In this document: positions 42,090 through 44,958 of the stretch, piece by piece
Layout: each line of letters starts with the position of its first letter
Position numbering within the stretch: position 1 is the first letter of the stretch
Assembly: GCA_016550485.1 (NCBI GenBank)
Contig: JABXGV010000173.1
Location: 1-44,958 of the forward strand
DNA from: an archaeon
Lineage (GTDB): Archaea; Asgardarchaeota; Hermodarchaeia; Hermodarchaeales; Hermodarchaeaceae
Direction: 5' to 3'
DNA length: 44,958 nt
Notes under the pieces: generated by a model
The model's input: only the letters and a program-made list of their open reading frames with translations
Databases searched by the model: none
What the model was told of the DNA's origin: nothing
Made by a program: the position numbers and the translations under genes

Positions 42090-44958
42090 GCCATTCGAGA
42101 TGAATGGTCGTAATAGATTTCTATTCCGTTCAATGGGTTGTCGTGAACCGAGGAAATAGAGGGCTGGTGCGGCGTGGGAGTCACCTGTACGGTCAAGTTG
42201 AGGGTAACGTTCTGTCCCATATACTCAGGAACTAGGGACATATAGAACAATTCAACCTCCACAGTTCCTCCGGCCGTCAGCGTCTCACCCGCCTCAGCTG
42301 CGTCTAGGTTAAATTCAATCTGTTCACCAGTAAACAGTACAAGCCCGCGCTCAGAATCATCCGAGATGTACAAATCATTTCCTTCTATACGACCAACCCG
42401 ATCGATTTCACAGTAACCTTCACCAGTATTTTCTAACACGATGTGGATTGAACCGTTATCAAAGGCATAGCACTCTGAGAGGATGGCTGTCAGGTTATAG
42501 CTGGGGGCAAGGCGGACAGGTATCCGTGCCGTTGCATTCAGCTGGGGATGGAATCCCTCAGTTTTCACCGTAGCCTCAATAGTCGAACCAACTGGGAACT
42601 CGAGCTGAACCCGAGTGCTAAGAATCACCGACTCACCAGCCTTAACCTCAAACTCTCCAGATGAAGTGGTTAACCCATAGATGGTTACCGGCTCAACCCG
42701 CCACTCCTCAGCCTCATCGTCGTAGTAGCGGATATCAACACTCGAAATCGTGAAGGAGTGAAGTCCAGGGTTTGCCACCTCCATGACTACCGAGGAGAGC
42801 GGATCAGTAGGCGAAGGCCCACCGTGAATTGGATAAGCGCTAGCTCCTTTAATTGCTATTTCAGAATCAAGCCTAGTATAATCAACCTTGAAAATCTTCA
42901 TCAACTGATACTGCGACTGATAAGCCATGGGGAACGCGTCAAAGATCGAAAGCGCCGGGTCAACCGTTGGGTCGACCACACCACCTCCCAGGTCATTGTA
43001 GTTACCCTCGCCTAGGTTTGACGCATTAACGTAGAGCATATTGTAGAGCAGTGAATCGTAAAATCGCTGATGGGATGTGCCTCCTAGTGGGTCCCAGAAC
43101 TCGTTCTCGTGTGGCACCTCGTCGCCAAAGACCTCATAGGCGATTCGGACCATCCACTGCCATTTCCCTTCATCACCGCCATAACCTTGGGCGCCATAGC
43201 CAAAATGGACGAAGACATAGTCAATGTCAAAGCGGCGACAAATACGCAGCGCCTCAATCGGATCATCCTCCATGAGCATACGGCCAATCCAGGCAATCTG
43301 CGTCTTATTCACCGTCGCGTTATCCACAACCGTCGTACGGTTACCCATCACACGCGTCCAATACCCATAATCCCACCACGATGCAAAGACCGCATCTGGC
43401 GCCGTATGCGTGCGCATCCAACCAAAAGCCTCTAGATAATCTCTACTCTGAAATTGAATCTCACCAGTATCTGGAAATCTGTACCCCGGCACCATCTCGG
43501 GACCACCCATAGTGTTGGCGCCATCGATGGCAAAAAACACAGTCCCCATCAGCAGTAACAACACCAGCATGTACGTAACCGTAGCAAAGCTACGCGACGT
43601 TGGAGCCGTAATACGGCGCCGACGACGAGTGAGAATGGGGCGCTGCCAATACACCGTACGGAAGGGCGTCAACACACCAACCAAGCCATACGCGCCAACC
43701 AGCGCAGCAGCAGGGGCAAGCAACAAGGCAAGACGAATCATGGACCCAGTAAAGTAGATCCCAGTAAGCGTAAACACAATAATAAGCAAATCCACCTCCC
43801 GCTCCCTCCGGAAAGCAATGTACAGCCCAAAGGGAATCAGCAGCATCAGAAAACTAAGGTTATACCAGAAAGACGCCCACGGCGACGGCAAATGCTCCCC
43901 CACCGACGCCAGCAAATACGCCGTCTGACGAATAAACGGATCAAGCACCGTCGAAAACTTCCCCGCCAGCCCCGAAAACAGATTCACCTCCGGCGCCGCA
44001 AGAAGCTGCACAATCAACCCCGACTGGAAGAGAAACGCCAACCCCGCAACAACAATGCCACACATACCGCCAAACACGTACGCCGCATACGGCCGCAACC
44101 GAGCCGAAAACCCAACCACCGAACGAGGCATCCCCCGCTCACTCAGCCGCACCGCCCCCGCCACCTCCATCAACACCATCAACCCAAACACGCCAATGGG
44201 AATCAACCCCATCGTCGAATGCACAAAATCCGGCCCAATCCGCGGCACCAACACCGCAATAAACAACCCACCAAAAATCGTCCCCGAATACGCCACCAGC
44301 AGCCGCCGACTATACCGACGCAGCAAAATCAAGAGCAGCGCAAACAACGCCAACAACTCAAACACGTAAATATAACTGCTCCAACTCGCCGCCAAATACC
44401 CCAACGACAACCCCCCAAGAATCGCCGACGCCACACTCCCCTTCCGCAACGCCCGACAAAAGAAGAACAACACCAAAATAATCGCAAAAATCCCAATCGC
44501 CTCATTATCATAAAACCCCACAATCGTCCGCTGCGTATACGACGGCACAATCGCCAAGAAAAACGCACAAAACAACCCCACCTCCGTCGTCGCCACCTCC
44601 CGCCCCAAGAAAAACGCCGCCACCACCCCAAACGTCCCCATCAACGCCGGAAACAACACACACAACAACATCAAATCAATCCGCACACCAAAAAACTGCA
44701 ACACCAAATACAAAAACGCCGTCGTAAACGGCACCCCCGGATAACTCGACGTCGCAATCTCCCGACCAAACGGAAACCACGACGTCTCATCATACCAATT
44801 AAACCACGCCCCAAACCCATACTCCAAAATAAACTCCGTCTCACGATAGTTGTACCAAGGATCAAACGCCCTTAGGAGAGTCTCGAACCCCAACCCTGGG
44901 AGGATGCGGATGAGGAGGGCGATGACGGTGATGGAGATGAGGGCGAGGGTGGCGATGA
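42017..44958 (-). CDS. aglB: oligosaccharyltransferase AglB, eukaryotic STT3-like; 5' end runs off the window
   Basis: FDPWYNYR...NWYDETSWFPFGR in the first loop, the WWDYGYW catalytic motif, and VDNATVNKTQIAWIGRM after it. The frame stays open upstream of the track start (TTG 44893) to the window edge and encodes a TM helix (IATLALISITVIALLIRILPG). The ~330-aa C-terminal region is beta-rich. Confidence 0.85.
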   Translation of the reverse strand, partial: IATLALISITVIALLIRILPGLGFETLLRAFDPWYNYRETEFILEYGFGAWFNWYDETSWFPFGREIATSSYPGVPFTTAFLYLVLQFFGVRIDLMLLCVLFPALMGTFGVVAAFFLGREVATTEVGLFCAFFLAIVPSYTQRTIVGFYDNEAIGIFAIILVLFFFCRALRKGSVASAILGGLSLGYLAASWSSYIYVFELLALFALLLILLRRYSRRLLVAYSGTIFGGLFIAVLVPRIGPDFVHSTMGLIPIGVFGLMVLMEVAGAVRLSERGMPRSVVGFSARLRPYAAYVFGGMCGIVVAGLAFLFQSGLIVQLLAAPEVNLFSGLAGKFSTVLDPFIRQTAYLLASVGEHLPSPWASFWYNLSFLMLLIPFGLYIAFRREREVDLLIIVFTLTGIYFTGSMIRLALLLAPAAALVGAYGLVGVLTPFRTVYWQRPILTRRRRRITAPTSRSFATVTYMLVLLLLMGTVFFAIDGANTMGGPEMVPGYRFPDTGEIQFQSRDYLEAFGWMRTHTAPDAVFASWWDYGYWTRVMGNRTTVVDNATVNKTQIAWIGRMLMEDDPIEALRICRRFDIDYVFVHFGYGAQGYGGDEGKWQWMVRIAYEVFGDEVPHENEFWDPLGGTSHQRFYDSLLYNMLYVNASNLGEGNYNDLGGGVVDPTVDPALSIFDAFPMAYQSQYQLMKIFKVDYTRLDSEIAIKGASAYPIHGGPSPTDPLSSVVMEVANPGLHSFTISSVDIRYYDDEAEEWRVEPVTIYGLTTSSGEFEVKAGESVILSTRVQLEFPVGSTIEATVKTEGFHPQLNATARIPVRLAPSYNLTAILSECYAFDNGSIHIVLENTGEGYCEIDRVGRIEGNDLYISDDSERGLVLFTGEQIEFNLDAAEAGETLTAGGTVEVELFYMSLVPEYMGQNVTLNLTVQVTPTPHQPSISSVHDNPLNGIEIYYDHSSRMAYAESSSLSCSDSSPFFITRRYFP

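Noticed and set aside
43892-44875. 327-aa + strand ORF encoding an Arg/Pro/Gln/Lys/His-rich low-complexity protein, together with the nested ORFs at 44055-44369 and 44329-44631.
   Set aside because: It is the exact codon-complement frame of aglB. It stays open only because the + strand here is depleted in T and G, so stop codons are rare. The opposite strand carries unmistakable STT3 motifs.
44900-44958. GNN-periodic + strand stretch reading EDADEEGDDGDGDEGEGGD, which looks like an acidic low-complexity coding tail.
   Set aside because: The complementary frame is continuous with aglB and encodes its expected first TM helix (IATLALISITVIALLIRILPG) directly before FDPWYNYR. The periodicity reflects the run of C-ending codons on the minus strand.

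Overview
This 44,958-bp window is archaeal core chromosome, about 45% GC by eye, densely packed with information-processing genes. I found no CRISPR array, transposase, integrase or recognisable defence cassette. I call 5 tRNA genes and about 58 CDS.

Main gene groups:
- Ribosome biogenesis and translation: aDim2-like KH protein, Rio kinase, Nep1, aIF1A, NMD3, aIF2 beta, Nob1, KsgA, Mtq2/HemK, aIF5A with deoxyhypusine synthase, aEF1 beta, aIF2 alpha, Nop10, and ribosomal proteins L38e, L40e, L10e, L21e, L44e and S27e.
- RNA modification and decay: TruD, Pus10 with a TrmY-like gene, Csl4, aCPSF2, Pth2.
- Transcription: RpoL, RpoF, TFS.
- Replisome block: small OB protein, PCNA, PriL, PriS, GINS.
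- Others: SRP54, CDC48, a PAC2-type proteasome chaperone, a presenilin-like protease, SucCD, enolase, NAD kinase, a geranylgeranyl reductase, an MFS transporter, and a 5'-truncated STT3-like AglB at the right edge.

L38e, an RPA32-like protein and an STT3-like oligosaccharyltransferase suggest a TACK/Asgard-grade lineage. That placement is inference only.

Most notable observations:
1. The DRG GTPase gene is split by a 31-nt element. It folds into a bulge-helix-bulge-like structure, and its removal restores the frame exactly, so it is a candidate mRNA intron.
2. Three of the five tRNA genes carry five introns in total, and four of these sit at non-canonical positions.
3. The 5' third of aglB shows abrupt, strand-specific switches in third-codon-position usage: a run of C-ending codons, then 79 consecutive G/T-ending codons.
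4. The two-KH-domain Dim2-like gene has no canonical start codon. Its reading frame opens on an AUA that overlaps the Rio kinase stop codon.

All calls come from reading the sequence and recalling protein families. No searches were run.
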